From Fidelibacterota bacterium (GTDB taxonomy: Bacteria; Fidelibacterota; UBA2242): 47,731 nt of DNA. The DNA lies in contig JAZDEI010000344.1 of the NCBI GenBank assembly GCA_043808945.1, positions 1-47,731 of the forward strand. Reading direction: 5' to 3'. The notes under the pieces were generated by a model. It ran no database searches. It was not told where the DNA came from and saw only the letters and a program-made list of their open reading frames with translations. The translations under genes were made by a program, and so were the position numbers. How positions within the stretch are numbered: the stretch's first letter is position 1; every line of letters starts with the position of its first letter. Shown in pieces: positions 1 through 11,114 of the stretch.

Positions 1-543
1 GTGTTTGGCGGCAATTGCGCCGGCAAAAACATCCTGTGAATAAACCGCGACCTGATTTTGAGTGACCAGTCTCTGCTCAATTTCGGAATATTTCCCGGTG
101 TTCGCCGGAATTAAAAGCACCCCCGGGAGTAATGATAATCCGGTTTTTTCGCTTTCCGCCCGCACCTTTTTGGTCAATTCGGGATCATAAAGTCCGGACA
201 TGTCCGGAAAGCGCGGCCCGAAACGTTCGTCATTGAGACCCACCAGTGGATTACGCCCGGAAACATTGATCTGGTCAATGATAACCACCCCGCTAAAACC
301 GCCTAATGATACTGCCGGTCGGCCATGGCCGATCAGTAAAAAGCGCTCCGCACCTCTATCTATCGCCGCCCGCACTGCATCGCGCCAAATATCTGCGGTG
401 GAATTGGTGGCCAGTAATGAAATTAATATGGCCGAATGGGCGGTTTGAAAATTTTCTATCTGGCCATTATCTTCATAAGCCGACCTGCTCAGAATTATCG
501 CGATCTCTTTTTTTTCGTCGGGTGTGGTTCTGTGATCAATCAT
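1..543 (-). CDS. Purine-nucleoside-phosphorylase-fold protein (PunA/MTAP-type family). Partial: the C-terminus runs off the left window edge. Catalytic motifs look degenerate.
   Basis: Own minus-strand translation from ATG 543-541, which lies 1 nt after the divIVA stop: MIDHRTTPDEKKEIAIILSRSAYED...VVIIDQINVSGRNPLVGLNDERFGPRFPDMSGLYDPELTKKV...AIAAKH. The block NPLxGxNxxxFGxRFxDMxxxYD is the hallmark of trimeric PNPs. The frame is open to base 1, so the gene is absent from the supplied ORF track. Confidence 0.6.
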   Translation of the reverse strand, partial: MIDHRTTPDEKKEIAIILSRSAYEDNGQIENFQTAHSAILISLLATNSTADIWRDAVRAAIDRGAERFLLIGHGRPAVSLGGFSGVVIIDQINVSGRNPLVGLNDERFGPRFPDMSGLYDPELTKKVRAESEKTGLSLLPGVLLIPANTGKYSEIEQRLVTQNQVAVYSQDVFAGAIAAKH

Positions 544-544
544 G

Positions 545-970
545 TCAGACATCCGGTTGTTCGTCAGACCAATCCTCTCCATCATTTTCGAGCATAACGA
601 TCAGTTCGGTCTGGGTTTTCAATGCATCTCGCAGGCGCTGGATCAATTTTTCCCTGGCAAAATTCAATTTTGTGATAGATTCTTCTATAAGCTCTTTTTT
701 ATATTGGGCTGTTTCCACAACTCCCGCTGAAATTGACTCTGCGTCGAGAATGATTCGGGTAGCCCGTTCCTGCGCCTCTTTTATAATTTTATCCCGGCCT
801 TTGTGGGTTTTATCGAATTCGCCCGTCAACAACTCCATTTTTTCTATTTTTTCTTCCATCTGGCTGAATTCTTCCGCCAGCATCTCGAGAAAAAACTTAA
901 CTTCGACCGGATCGTAGCCACGCATTACTTTTTTGAAGCGGCGATCGCGAATATCACTGGTTTTGATCAT
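545..970 (-). CDS. divIVA: DivIVA-domain cell-division/polarity protein
   Basis: The N-terminus TSDIRDRRFKKVMRGYDPVEVKFFLEMLAEEF fits the DivIVA signature (DIxxxxFxxxxRGYxxxEVxxFL). It is followed by an E/K-rich coiled-coil-like segment and an acidic tail. The gene lies directly downstream of yggS, as in ylm-type clusters. Confidence 0.8.
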   Translation of the reverse strand: MIKTSDIRDRRFKKVMRGYDPVEVKFFLEMLAEEFSQMEEKIEKMELLTGEFDKTHKGRDKIIKEAQERATRIILDAESISAGVVETAQYKKELIEESITKLNFAREKLIQRLRDALKTQTELIVMLENDGEDWSDEQPDV

Positions 971-1680
971 ATTGGCGCCCTCTCACCGAAAATACCGCGA
1001 CCGATCCGTATCATGTTAGCACCTTCTTCGATTGCGATTTCGAAGTCGTCGGTCATGCCCATCGATAATATGTCGAATCGACGACGCTCGGCAACGATCG
1101 CGGCGGTTTTTTCAAATATTTTTCTTAATTCTGCAAATGCACGATGGATTTGCATGTCGGTGCCGGCCAGGGGGCCAATCGTCATCAGGCCTTGAATTTC
1201 AATCTCCGGCAGAGAAGCTATTTTATCCAGAACGGGTGATAGGTCTTGCGGGGAAAGGCCGTATTTCGTAGCCTCGCGGGAAACGTTTACCTCCAGCAGG
1301 ATCGGGATCTTTTGTTCTTTTTCGCATCCGATCCCGGCCAGCCTCTCCGCCAATTCAGCGGAATCAACCGCCTGAATCAGGTCAAAATAATCAACGGCCT
1401 TGCGGGCTTTATTGCTCTGTAAATGGCCGATCAAATGCCAGTTGATTTCGGGATATTCGCTCAGAGTTTCTATTTTCGGTATTGCTTCCTGTATGCGATT
1501 TTCTCCGAATATCCGCAGTCCGGCCCGATATGCCAGGAGAACGACATCGGCCGGGTGTGTTTTCGTCACTGCGACAATTTTTATCTCTTCGGGTTTTCGT
1601 CCGGCGCGCCTAGCTGCACGGGCGATGCGATCTTTGATTTCCAGCAGGTTGTTTTGAATAGTATGCTGATTCAAAAGCAA
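967..1680 (-). CDS. yggS: YggS/PROSC-family pyridoxal-phosphate homeostasis protein
   Basis: 237 aa. Motifs present: AVTKTHP (PLP lysine context), FGENRIQE, WHLIGHLQSNK and SMGMTDDFEIAIEEGANMIRIGRGIFG. Confidence 0.88.
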   Translation of the reverse strand: MLLNQHTIQNNLLEIKDRIARAARRAGRKPEEIKIVAVTKTHPADVVLLAYRAGLRIFGENRIQEAIPKIETLSEYPEINWHLIGHLQSNKARKAVDYFDLIQAVDSAELAERLAGIGCEKEQKIPILLEVNVSREATKYGLSPQDLSPVLDKIASLPEIEIQGLMTIGPLAGTDMQIHRAFAELRKIFEKTAAIVAERRRFDILSMGMTDDFEIAIEEGANMIRIGRGIFGERAPI

Positions 1681-1698
1681 TCACCCCGATGGTAATGG

Positions 1699-4230
1699 TT
1701 ATTCGGTGTCGGTGTCGGCCGGCGCTCCCATATCGAGCAGGGTCATGTCGTCGGACTCGTCGTCTCCACCATTATTCTTATCTTCCGATTCAACGACCCG
1801 GGTCACGGCCGAGATCAGATCGCCTTCGTCGAGACGGATCAGGCGGACGCCCTGGGTATTGCGGCTGATCGCCCGGATCATCGCAACCGGCAGGCGGATA
1901 AGGACGCCCTTTTCCGTGATAATCATCAGGTCGTCTGTATCGACCACTTCGCGCAGAGAGACCATTCGACCGTTGCGAACCGAGGTTTTTAACGTAATGA
2001 CACCCTTGCCACTCCGATGAATGACCGGGTATTCTTTTATATCGGAACGCTTGCCGTAGCCATTCTCCGCAACGGCCAGGATTGTACCGCTCTCGTTATG
2101 AACAGTAACAACGCCAACCACCCGATCGCCCTTGCCGCTGAGTTTTACGCCCCGGACGCCGGCCGCGGTACGTCCCATCGGTCGGACATCGGTTTCGTGG
2201 AAGCGGATCGATTTGCCCCAGGCCGTTCCCAAAATAATATCCTGGTTGCCGGCCGTAATCTGGGCGTCGAGCAGCCCGTCACCTTCGCGCACATTAATCG
2301 CACGGATACCGGATTTGCGCGGATTTCCAAATTCGGAAAGGGTGGTTTTTTTGATAATTCCGTTCCGCGTAATCATTAGAACGAAGTGTTGATCGTCGAA
2401 TTCCTTGACCCCCAGCACCGCCCGCACTTCTTCGCCCGGCTGGGTGTTTATCAGATTAACTATTGCCCGGCCGCGCGTGCCCTTACCGGCGCGCGGTATT
2501 TCATGAACCTTCAGCCAATAGCAGCGCCCGTTGCTGGTGAAGATCAGCAGGTGGTCGTGAGTGTTGGCAATAAATAGGTTCCGCACAAAATCATCGTCTT
2601 TGGCCTGTGCGCCCATGCTACCGCGTCCGCCTCTATTTTGACGACGGGAGGCGTCCACCGGAAAGCGCTTGATAAAACCATTGTGAGTTATGGTAATGAC
2701 CATGTCTTCTTCAGCAATCATATCTTCGACCGAAAATTCGCCTTCGTCTTCGACAATCTGTGTACGGCGGGGATCTCCGTATTTTTCTTTGATCTCGGTC
2801 AGTTCATTTTTGATAATCAACATCTGCTCGCCGACATTATTCAGAATAAATTGCAGACGTTCGATCAGTTTGAGGGTCTCAAGATACTCGGCGACGATTT
2901 TTTCAACTTCCAGGCCGGTTAGTTTTTGTAATCGCATATCCAGAATTGCCTGTGTCTGGCGGTCGGAAAATTTAAACCGGTCGATTAAATTTGTCTTGGC
3001 TTCTTCGGGTGATTTTGAGGCGCGGATGATCGCAATGACCTCATCGATATTGTCCAGGGCTATTTTCAGACCCTCGAGAATATGGGCCCTTTCCTCGGCT
3101 TCTCTCAGATCAAATTGCGTGCGTTTAATAATGATTTCATGCCGGAAGTCGATGAAGTGCTGGAGCATTTCGCGCAAGGATAACTGCCGCGGAACGCCAT
3201 TAACCAGGGCTAACATATTTATGCCAAAACTCTCCTGTAGCTGGGTGTGGCTGTAGAGCTGATTCAGGATAACTTCGGCATACATATCGCGGCGAAGTTC
3301 GATCACGATCCGGACGCCATCTTTGTCAGATTCATCCCGGATGTCGGTGATGCCCTCGATGGTTTTTTCGCGTACCAGATTGGCGATTTTCTCGATCAGT
3401 TTGGATTTATTAACCTGATATGGAATCTCGGTGACAATGATACTTTCCTTGCCGGTTTTACTGTTTTCGGTAAAGGCGTGGGCGCGGATTTTTATGATAC
3501 CCTTGCCGGTTTCGTAAGCCCGGCGGATTTCGCTGCGTCCGAGAATAAAGGCGCCTGTCGGAAAATCCGGCCCCGGGACAAACCGTATTAATTCGTCCAC
3601 GGTGGCTTCGGGGTGATCGATCACATAAATCGCGGCCTCGCAGATTTCTGTAAGGTTGTGTGGCGGTATATTAGTGGCCATACCGACGGCGATGCCGTTT
3701 GAACCATTCGCTAAAAGCAACGGAATAGTGGTCGGCAGAACACTCGGCTCTTTTAGAGATTCGTCAAAGTTCGGGACAAATTTTACGGTATCTTTGTCGA
3801 TGTCGCGCACCAGCTCGGCCGAAATGCGGCTCATCTTGGCTTCCGTATAACGCATGGCCGCCGCACTGTCACCGTCCAACGAACCAAAGTTTCCCTGGCC
3901 GTCCACCAGCGGATAGCGCATCGAAAACGGCTGGGCCATTCTGACGAGGGCGTCGTAAACGGCCATGTCGCCATGCGGGTGATATTTACCGAGTACGTCA
4001 CCGACGATTCTGGCGCATTTTTTGGTGGGCCGATTATAAGTCAGGCCCAGGTCCGCCATGCCAAAAATAATGCGGCGGTGAACCGGTTTAAGGCCATCGC
4101 GAACATCGGGCAGGGCGCGCGATACTATTACTGACATTGAATAGTCGAGATAGGAGCTGCGCATTTCCTCGTCGATATTAACCGGTACTATTTTATCCCT
4201 TTGAAATTCTATATTTACCTGTGCTGTCAT
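1699..4230 (-). CDS. gyrA: DNA gyrase subunit A
   Basis: 843 aa. Motifs present: [24 protein letters not shown] and [10 protein letters not shown] (catalytic Tyr). There is a repeated C-terminal beta-pinwheel-like region and an acidic tail. Confidence 0.97.
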   Translation of the reverse strand: MTAQVNIEFQRDKIVPVNIDEEMRSSYLDYSMSVIVSRALPDVRDGLKPVHRRIIFGMADLGLTYNRPTKKCARIVGDVLGKYHPHGDMAVYDALVRMAQPFSMRYPLVDGQGNFGSLDGDSAAAMRYTEAKMSRISAELVRDIDKDTVKFVPNFDESLKEPSVLPTTIPLLLANGSNGIAVGMATNIPPHNLTEICEAAIYVIDHPEATVDELIRFVPGPDFPTGAFILGRSEIRRAYETGKGIIKIRAHAFTENSKTGKESIIVTEIPYQVNKSKLIEKIANLVREKTIEGITDIRDESDKDGVRIVIELRRDMYAEVILNQLYSHTQLQESFGINMLALVNGVPRQLSLREMLQHFIDFRHEIIIKRTQFDLREAEERAHILEGLKIALDNIDEVIAIIRASKSPEEAKTNLIDRFKFSDRQTQAILDMRLQKLTGLEVEKIVAEYLETLKLIERLQFILNNVGEQMLIIKNELTEIKEKYGDPRRTQIVEDEGEFSVEDMIAEEDMVITITHNGFIKRFPVDASRRQNRGGRGSMGAQAKDDDFVRNLFIANTHDHLLIFTSNGRCYWLKVHEIPRAGKGTRGRAIVNLINTQPGEEVRAVLGVKEFDDQHFVLMITRNGIIKKTTLSEFGNPRKSGIRAINVREGDGLLDAQITAGNQDIILGTAWGKSIRFHETDVRPMGRTAAGVRGVKLSGKGDRVVGVVTVHNESGTILAVAENGYGKRSDIKEYPVIHRSGKGVITLKTSVRNGRMVSLREVVDTDDLMIITEKGVLIRLPVAMIRAISRNTQGVRLIRLDEGDLISAVTRVVESEDKNNGGDDESDDMTLLDMGAPADTDTE

Positions 4231-4233
4231 ATC

Positions 4234-6437
<2,204 letters not shown>

Positions 6438-6439
6438 GC

Positions 6440-7561
6440 TCAGGCCACCCCTGCCGTCAAATTTATAATATTCGTGGATTCCAAAATTTTCCGAAATCCG
6501 TATTTTCGTAACTCTTTTATATCGGTGGAGGTTATTAACGTCTGGTTTCTATCGCCAATATTTTCGACGATCTTCCGACAATGATTGCCATCTAAAAATG
6601 CGAATAAATCGTCTAACAAGAATATAATCGGTTCATTTTTTCTGTTTTCGAGATAGGCGCCCTCGGCCAATTTCAGGGCGATCAAAACCAATTTGTGTTC
6701 GCCTTGTGAACCGATCTGCCGGATTTCCCGGCCATTATATAATATGACCAGTTCGTCGAGATGCGGTCCGCAGCTTGTTCTTCCGTTTTGAAGATCACGG
6801 CTAAATTTATCCTTTAAATTCTTGCTGAAAAGCCTGATAAAGTCGTCTATAGAAGATTTTATATTGTACTTAATATTCAGATCGATCTGGCTTTTGGTGT
6901 GGTTTATTTGGGTAAAAATGTCTTTTAACATTGGTTTATATGCAGTTAAAAATATTTGACGTGCTGAAAATAACTTTTGCCCTATACGCGCCAAAATATC
7001 ATCCTGCGTCTCAAAATAGACATCGTAATGGTATGATTTATTCTCTCGATAGCGATTTATAACCAGATTTCTTTGGGTCAGGCGTTTTTTATATTCTATC
7101 AGGTTTATGAAATATTCCCGGTCGGTTTGAGAAAGTATCCGATTGATGAAATTGCGACGCTCTGCCGGGCCGCCTTCCGTTATCTTTTGTAAGCCCGGAG
7201 AAAGAATTACAACCGGCGCGGCTCCTACAATATCTGTATATTTTTTCACCGGTATCTTGTTAAGCAAGAAACTTTTACCTTCCGATCTTGAAAAATTCAA
7301 ATTGTGTAAATTGGTTTTATTGTGTTCGTTTAGAAACTCACCAAATATATTTAAAAAATCATTATTGTATCTGATAGATTCATTATCGTTACTGGTGCGA
7401 AAGCTCTTCGTCAGAGATAAATAATGAACAGCCTCAAGAATTGAAGTTTTACCGCTGCCATTATCACCGTTTATAAAATTTGTTTTTTCGTGAAATTCAA
7501 AAATAGAATCTGTATATCTTCTAAAATTCACCAGTCTCAATTTTTTCAATACCATTAACAA
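6440..7561 (-). CDS. recF: DNA replication/repair protein RecF
   Basis: Motifs present: LRLVNFRRY, Walker A NGDNGSGKTSILEA, signature GSQGEHKLV and Walker B IIFLLDDLFAFLD. The gene lies directly downstream of dnaN. Confidence 0.95.
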   Translation of the reverse strand: MLMVLKKLRLVNFRRYTDSIFEFHEKTNFINGDNGSGKTSILEAVHYLSLTKSFRTSNDNESIRYNNDFLNIFGEFLNEHNKTNLHNLNFSRSEGKSFLLNKIPVKKYTDIVGAAPVVILSPGLQKITEGGPAERRNFINRILSQTDREYFINLIEYKKRLTQRNLVINRYRENKSYHYDVYFETQDDILARIGQKLFSARQIFLTAYKPMLKDIFTQINHTKSQIDLNIKYNIKSSIDDFIRLFSKNLKDKFSRDLQNGRTSCGPHLDELVILYNGREIRQIGSQGEHKLVLIALKLAEGAYLENRKNEPIIFLLDDLFAFLDGNHCRKIVENIGDRNQTLITSTDIKELRKYGFRKILESTNIINLTAGVA

Positions 7562-7595
7562 TCATCTTAAACAGAATATTTATAAAAATTACAGA

Positions 7596-8711
7596 TTACT
7601 CACTTAATCTAATTGGCATTAAAAGCATTACCAATTCTTCGTTTTCGACCTGGTTCTCCGGCAGAACCAAACTTGCGCTGATTGGCGTCTTTAATTTCAT
7701 AAAAACCTGTTTTGTATCTATATTTTTCACCACTTCACGTAAGTATTCGGCATTAAAGCCAATTGTAAGATCATCACCTTGAAAAATTACATCAAGCCCT
7801 TCATTCGCGGAAGATCTCGATTCCTGATCAATGGTGCTTATTTTTGATAATTCAGAATTGAGATGCATAGATATTTGGTGGGTCGTCTTATTAGAAAATA
7901 TTGATACTCTTCTAAGTACACTTGACAAATAACTAACGTCGGCTGTTAGTGTTTTTTCATTATCATTTGGAATTACACTTTCATAGTCCGGAAAGCGCTC
8001 ATCTATAATTCTCGATAAAATAAGGGTCGAGTCGGTTTCAACCATAATATGATTTTCACTGATAATTAAGTCAATTTTACCTTCTTCGGTAAGATAGGTT
8101 GAAATGAGATTTAAGAATTTTACGGGAACAATAATTTCGCGTTCATAGTCGGGAGAATTAAAATCTTTTCTGATCAGACAAACTAATCTGTGACCATCCG
8201 TTGCAACTGAACGTAATTCGTCTTTTCTAAATTGAAACATAACACCAGTCAGGGCTGGTTTAAGTTCATCTTTACTAACTGCAATCACGGTTTTTTGAAT
8301 CATTCTTAAAAATACTTTACTATCAATCTCAATATTATTTTTTGTTGAAATACTTGGTAAAGATGGAAATTCTTCTCCGGGTCTTCCCATTATTTCATAT
8401 TTTCCTTTGCCTGCAGTAATTACTACGGTTCCATCTTCGTTGGCCAAAAAAGATACTTCACCATCTTCAACTTCACTTACTATTTCATGAATTATACGAG
8501 AAGGAATTGCGATATTTCCTTCTTCAATATTATTAACTTGAAATGATGTGCTTAATGTAATTTCAATATCAGATGCCCTTAAGGTCAGTGTTTGACCCTT
8601 AAGAGTAAACAGAATACTATTTAAAATTGGCATAGTAGATCTTACCGGAGCTACTTTGGACACTTTGTGAAGATGAGAAAGAAGTACATTTTTATTGACG
8701 GAAAATTGCAT
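7596..8711 (-). CDS. dnaN: DNA polymerase III beta sliding clamp
   Basis: 371 aa with a three-domain length. The N-terminus is MQFSVNKNVLLSHL and the C-terminal motif is LLMPIRL. A strong SD (AAGGAG, 8719-8724 on the minus strand) lies 7 nt upstream of the ATG. Confidence 0.95.
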   Translation of the reverse strand: MQFSVNKNVLLSHLHKVSKVAPVRSTMPILNSILFTLKGQTLTLRASDIEITLSTSFQVNNIEEGNIAIPSRIIHEIVSEVEDGEVSFLANEDGTVVITAGKGKYEIMGRPGEEFPSLPSISTKNNIEIDSKVFLRMIQKTVIAVSKDELKPALTGVMFQFRKDELRSVATDGHRLVCLIRKDFNSPDYEREIIVPVKFLNLISTYLTEEGKIDLIISENHIMVETDSTLILSRIIDERFPDYESVIPNDNEKTLTADVSYLSSVLRRVSIFSNKTTHQISMHLNSELSKISTIDQESRSSANEGLDVIFQGDDLTIGFNAEYLREVVKNIDTKQVFMKLKTPISASLVLPENQVENEELVMLLMPIRLSE

Positions 8712-9029
8712 ATTCTATCTCCTTAATTTAAATATTTTCATGTTGAGATTTTATCAAAAATTAGTCTCTTTTACAAGTAATTTAAAACTGTATTAATGAT
8801 AAGATTTTATATTAGGGGTTTAATGATTAAATAAAGAAAGATGATGTATATATTAAGATGTTAATTTGTTGATAAGTAATATAAAATAGAGAACAACTAT
8901 AAAAAGATATATATAAAAATTGGTTAATAAGATGTTTTTAGTAATAGTGAAAAATAAATATCAAAAAAAAACCAATATTTGTAAATATAAAAATTATATA
9001 TCAACAAAAAAGCAATATCATATTAACAC
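8712..9029. promoter_or_regulatory. Extremely AT-rich intergenic region upstream of dnaN: candidate DNA-unwinding element or origin component plus the dnaN promoter region
   Basis: This is the second-longest non-coding gap in the window, after the 331-bp rpmH-dnaA spacer. A hand count of 8761-9000 gives 39 G/C in 240 nt (about 16% GC). It contains TGTTGATAA at 8867-8875, one mismatch from the DnaA box TGTGGATAA, and an inverted near-copy ATATCAACA at 8998-9006. Confidence 0.35.
8729..8757 (-). promoter_or_regulatory. Possible sigma70-type promoter for dnaN (TTGATA-17 nt-TATTTA)
   Basis: The minus strand reads TTGATAaaatctcaacatgaaaaTATTTA, ending about 18 nt before the dnaN ATG. The match sits in very AT-rich DNA, so a chance match is quite possible. 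Confidence 0.25.
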
Positions 9030-10289
9030 TCAATAAACAACCTTAATATCGACAAAAATATTGTATTTAAGTTTTTTAATCCAATCCTGATATAGTTGGT
9101 TTTTTTTATATTCAAGCGCATATCTTTCAATAGTTAACCAAGTATCATCATAGATATTATTTAGTTTTAGTATATAATATCCATTTTCTGTTTCAAATAC
9201 AGGGCTAATTTCACCAACCTTAAGATCATTTAATACATTCACAAAATCATTATTTTGAATTTGATTTTGAGGAATACGCTTAATTCGACCAAACGTTACT
9301 TTTGCATTTGGTTCATCGCTATAGTGAACAACAGCCGAATCAAAAAACAATTCATTGTTAATAATTTTATTACGGATATCTTCAGCAAATTTTGTGCGAT
9401 CTGTAAAGTTTTCATCCGACAAATCAACTTTAATTAATATATGACGCACATTAATACTTTCACCCTTTCGGTCAATCATCTGAATAATATGATAGCCAAA
9501 ATCAGTTTTTACAATATCGCTTACCTCACCGGGCTGAAGAGAAAAAGCCACTTCTTCAAAACTTTTTATAAACGCACCCCTTTTAATATATCCAAGATCA
9601 CCGCCATATTGCGAACTGGCATCGTCGTTAGAATAGTTTTTTGCCAGCAACTCAAAATCGGTACCGTTTTTTATAAGAGTCAAAAGAGAATCTGCTAACC
9701 TTTTTGCGACAGAGTGTTCTTTTTGCCCGGGCGTTACTTTAAACAATATACTGCTGAAATCAATAGATGGGGGTATCGGAGGAATACTGTCTTTATAGGC
9801 TTGATAAAAATTGTTGATTTCAGGTCTTGATACAGAAACTTTACTGAATTTGTCAGAACGCAGTTTTTCGACAATAAGTTGATTTTTAAAAATTGGACGA
9901 TAGTCCTTCTTAACCCTACTGATTGTATTACCCATTAACATTTCAGCGTTTTCTATGGATCCGGCCTGGGCGATCAACGCATCTACTCGCTGATCAAGCG
10001 CACTTTCAACATCGCGATCCTTCACCTCGACGGTTTCAATCCTGGCCTGTTCAAGGAGAATATTCTCGTCAATAAGGGAATTCAAAATGTTTTTCTTTAT
10101 CATTTTATATGCTAAAGTATCTCGGCTGGTGTTAATATTCATCTGAGAGGCTGTAATCCGCGCAACCTGCTCTACTTCACTTAAGAGTATGACATTGCTA
10201 CCAACAATGGCGGCTACTCCATCAATAATTGTCTGAGAAAATAAAAAATTAGTAAGAAGGAAAAGAGGGAAGAAGATTTTAATTTTCAT
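9030..10289 (-). CDS. surA: SurA-like periplasmic chaperone/peptidyl-prolyl isomerase with two parvulin domains
   Basis: Signal peptide MKIKIFFPLFLLTNFLFSQ, then a SurA-N-like region. The first parvulin domain reads GGDLGYIKRGAFIKSFEEVAF...TDFGYHIIQM. The second, more divergent one reads VRHILIKV...ENGYYILKL. Confidence 0.85.
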   Translation of the reverse strand: MKIKIFFPLFLLTNFLFSQTIIDGVAAIVGSNVILLSEVEQVARITASQMNINTSRDTLAYKMIKKNILNSLIDENILLEQARIETVEVKDRDVESALDQRVDALIAQAGSIENAEMLMGNTISRVKKDYRPIFKNQLIVEKLRSDKFSKVSVSRPEINNFYQAYKDSIPPIPPSIDFSSILFKVTPGQKEHSVAKRLADSLLTLIKNGTDFELLAKNYSNDDASSQYGGDLGYIKRGAFIKSFEEVAFSLQPGEVSDIVKTDFGYHIIQMIDRKGESINVRHILIKVDLSDENFTDRTKFAEDIRNKIINNELFFDSAVVHYSDEPNAKVTFGRIKRIPQNQIQNNDFVNVLNDLKVGEISPVFETENGYYILKLNNIYDDTWLTIERYALEYKKNQLYQDWIKKLKYNIFVDIKVVY

Positions 10290-11104
10290 TTGTTACTCAA
10301 AAAGTTGGTTATGTTTTCGTCTTTAATTTCATAATTGGCGCTGTGAATTAGACTGTCAACCAATACGTCGTACCGCTCCTGGATTTTTATTCTGGTTAAA
10401 AGCTGATTAATTTCATCCCGAACCTCATCAATTGTACGAGTTGAACCGACACTGTATCGCGCCAGAACCTCGACGATATGGAATCCATAGGGAGATGCTA
10501 TCGGACCAATGATCGTTCGGGGCCTGGTTTCAAAAATGTTTTGATCAATTTCACTTAATGATTCGCCGCGCTTCACAACGATTGTCTCAAAATTGTATTT
10601 ACTGTAAAACGAGTCAAGATCGTTTTTATTATGTGTTAAAAGAGCGGATTTAATGGCCATTGCATCGTTAAACTCCTGTACTAAAACATGAGTTATTTTT
10701 GATTCATCGCAATCTCTAATGAAGCTGTTTTTGTTTTTCAGGTAATAATCCCTGATTTCGTCTTCGCTTATTGTAACACTCGTTTGAAGAAAGTAACGCA
10801 CATATGAATCAATGGTCAAATCGCGGTAAAAATCAGCGACCTGTGCGCGGACCCCTTCTTCGCGATCAAAATGATATTGACGGGCCTTCTGATAAAGAAT
10901 CTCCTTATTAACCCAAGAGGAGACAATGGAATTAAGATGATTTTTTGTTAGATTTTTATTTAAAGCGCCATCTGGAAGCATTTTAATCAGATCTTCTTGA
11001 TTAAGATATACATTGCCAACGCGGGCAATATATTGATCCTTGCTTTTTGAACAGAGGGAAAAACTAAACAATAAGGTGAAAAATATTAAATATCTTATCC
11101 GCAT
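10286..11104 (-). CDS. Parvulin-type peptidyl-prolyl cis-trans isomerase, secreted or lipoprotein
   Basis: The hydrophobic N-terminus ends in FSLCSKS. The parvulin domain carries ITHVLVQEF...SPYGFHIVEV. There is an ATGA start/stop overlap with the downstream surA-like gene. Confidence 0.8.
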   Translation of the reverse strand: MRIRYLIFFTLLFSFSLCSKSKDQYIARVGNVYLNQEDLIKMLPDGALNKNLTKNHLNSIVSSWVNKEILYQKARQYHFDREEGVRAQVADFYRDLTIDSYVRYFLQTSVTISEDEIRDYYLKNKNSFIRDCDESKITHVLVQEFNDAMAIKSALLTHNKNDLDSFYSKYNFETIVVKRGESLSEIDQNIFETRPRTIIGPIASPYGFHIVEVLARYSVGSTRTIDEVRDEINQLLTRIKIQERYDVLVDSLIHSANYEIKDENITNFLSNK

Positions 11105-11114
11105 GTCCCACCTA

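Noticed and set aside
306-917. A 203-aa plus-strand ORF spanning the PNP-like and divIVA region, together with 200-448 and 542-730.
   Set aside because: It is antisense to two minus-strand genes with clear family motifs, and the translation has no recognisable domain.
8712-9029. A CRISPR array, tandem repeat or small RNA in the AT-rich spacer.
   Set aside because: Only short, irregular A/T-rich words recur (GATAAG, TAAGATG). There is no regular repeat-spacer periodicity, and the composition is too AT-rich for a stable structured RNA.
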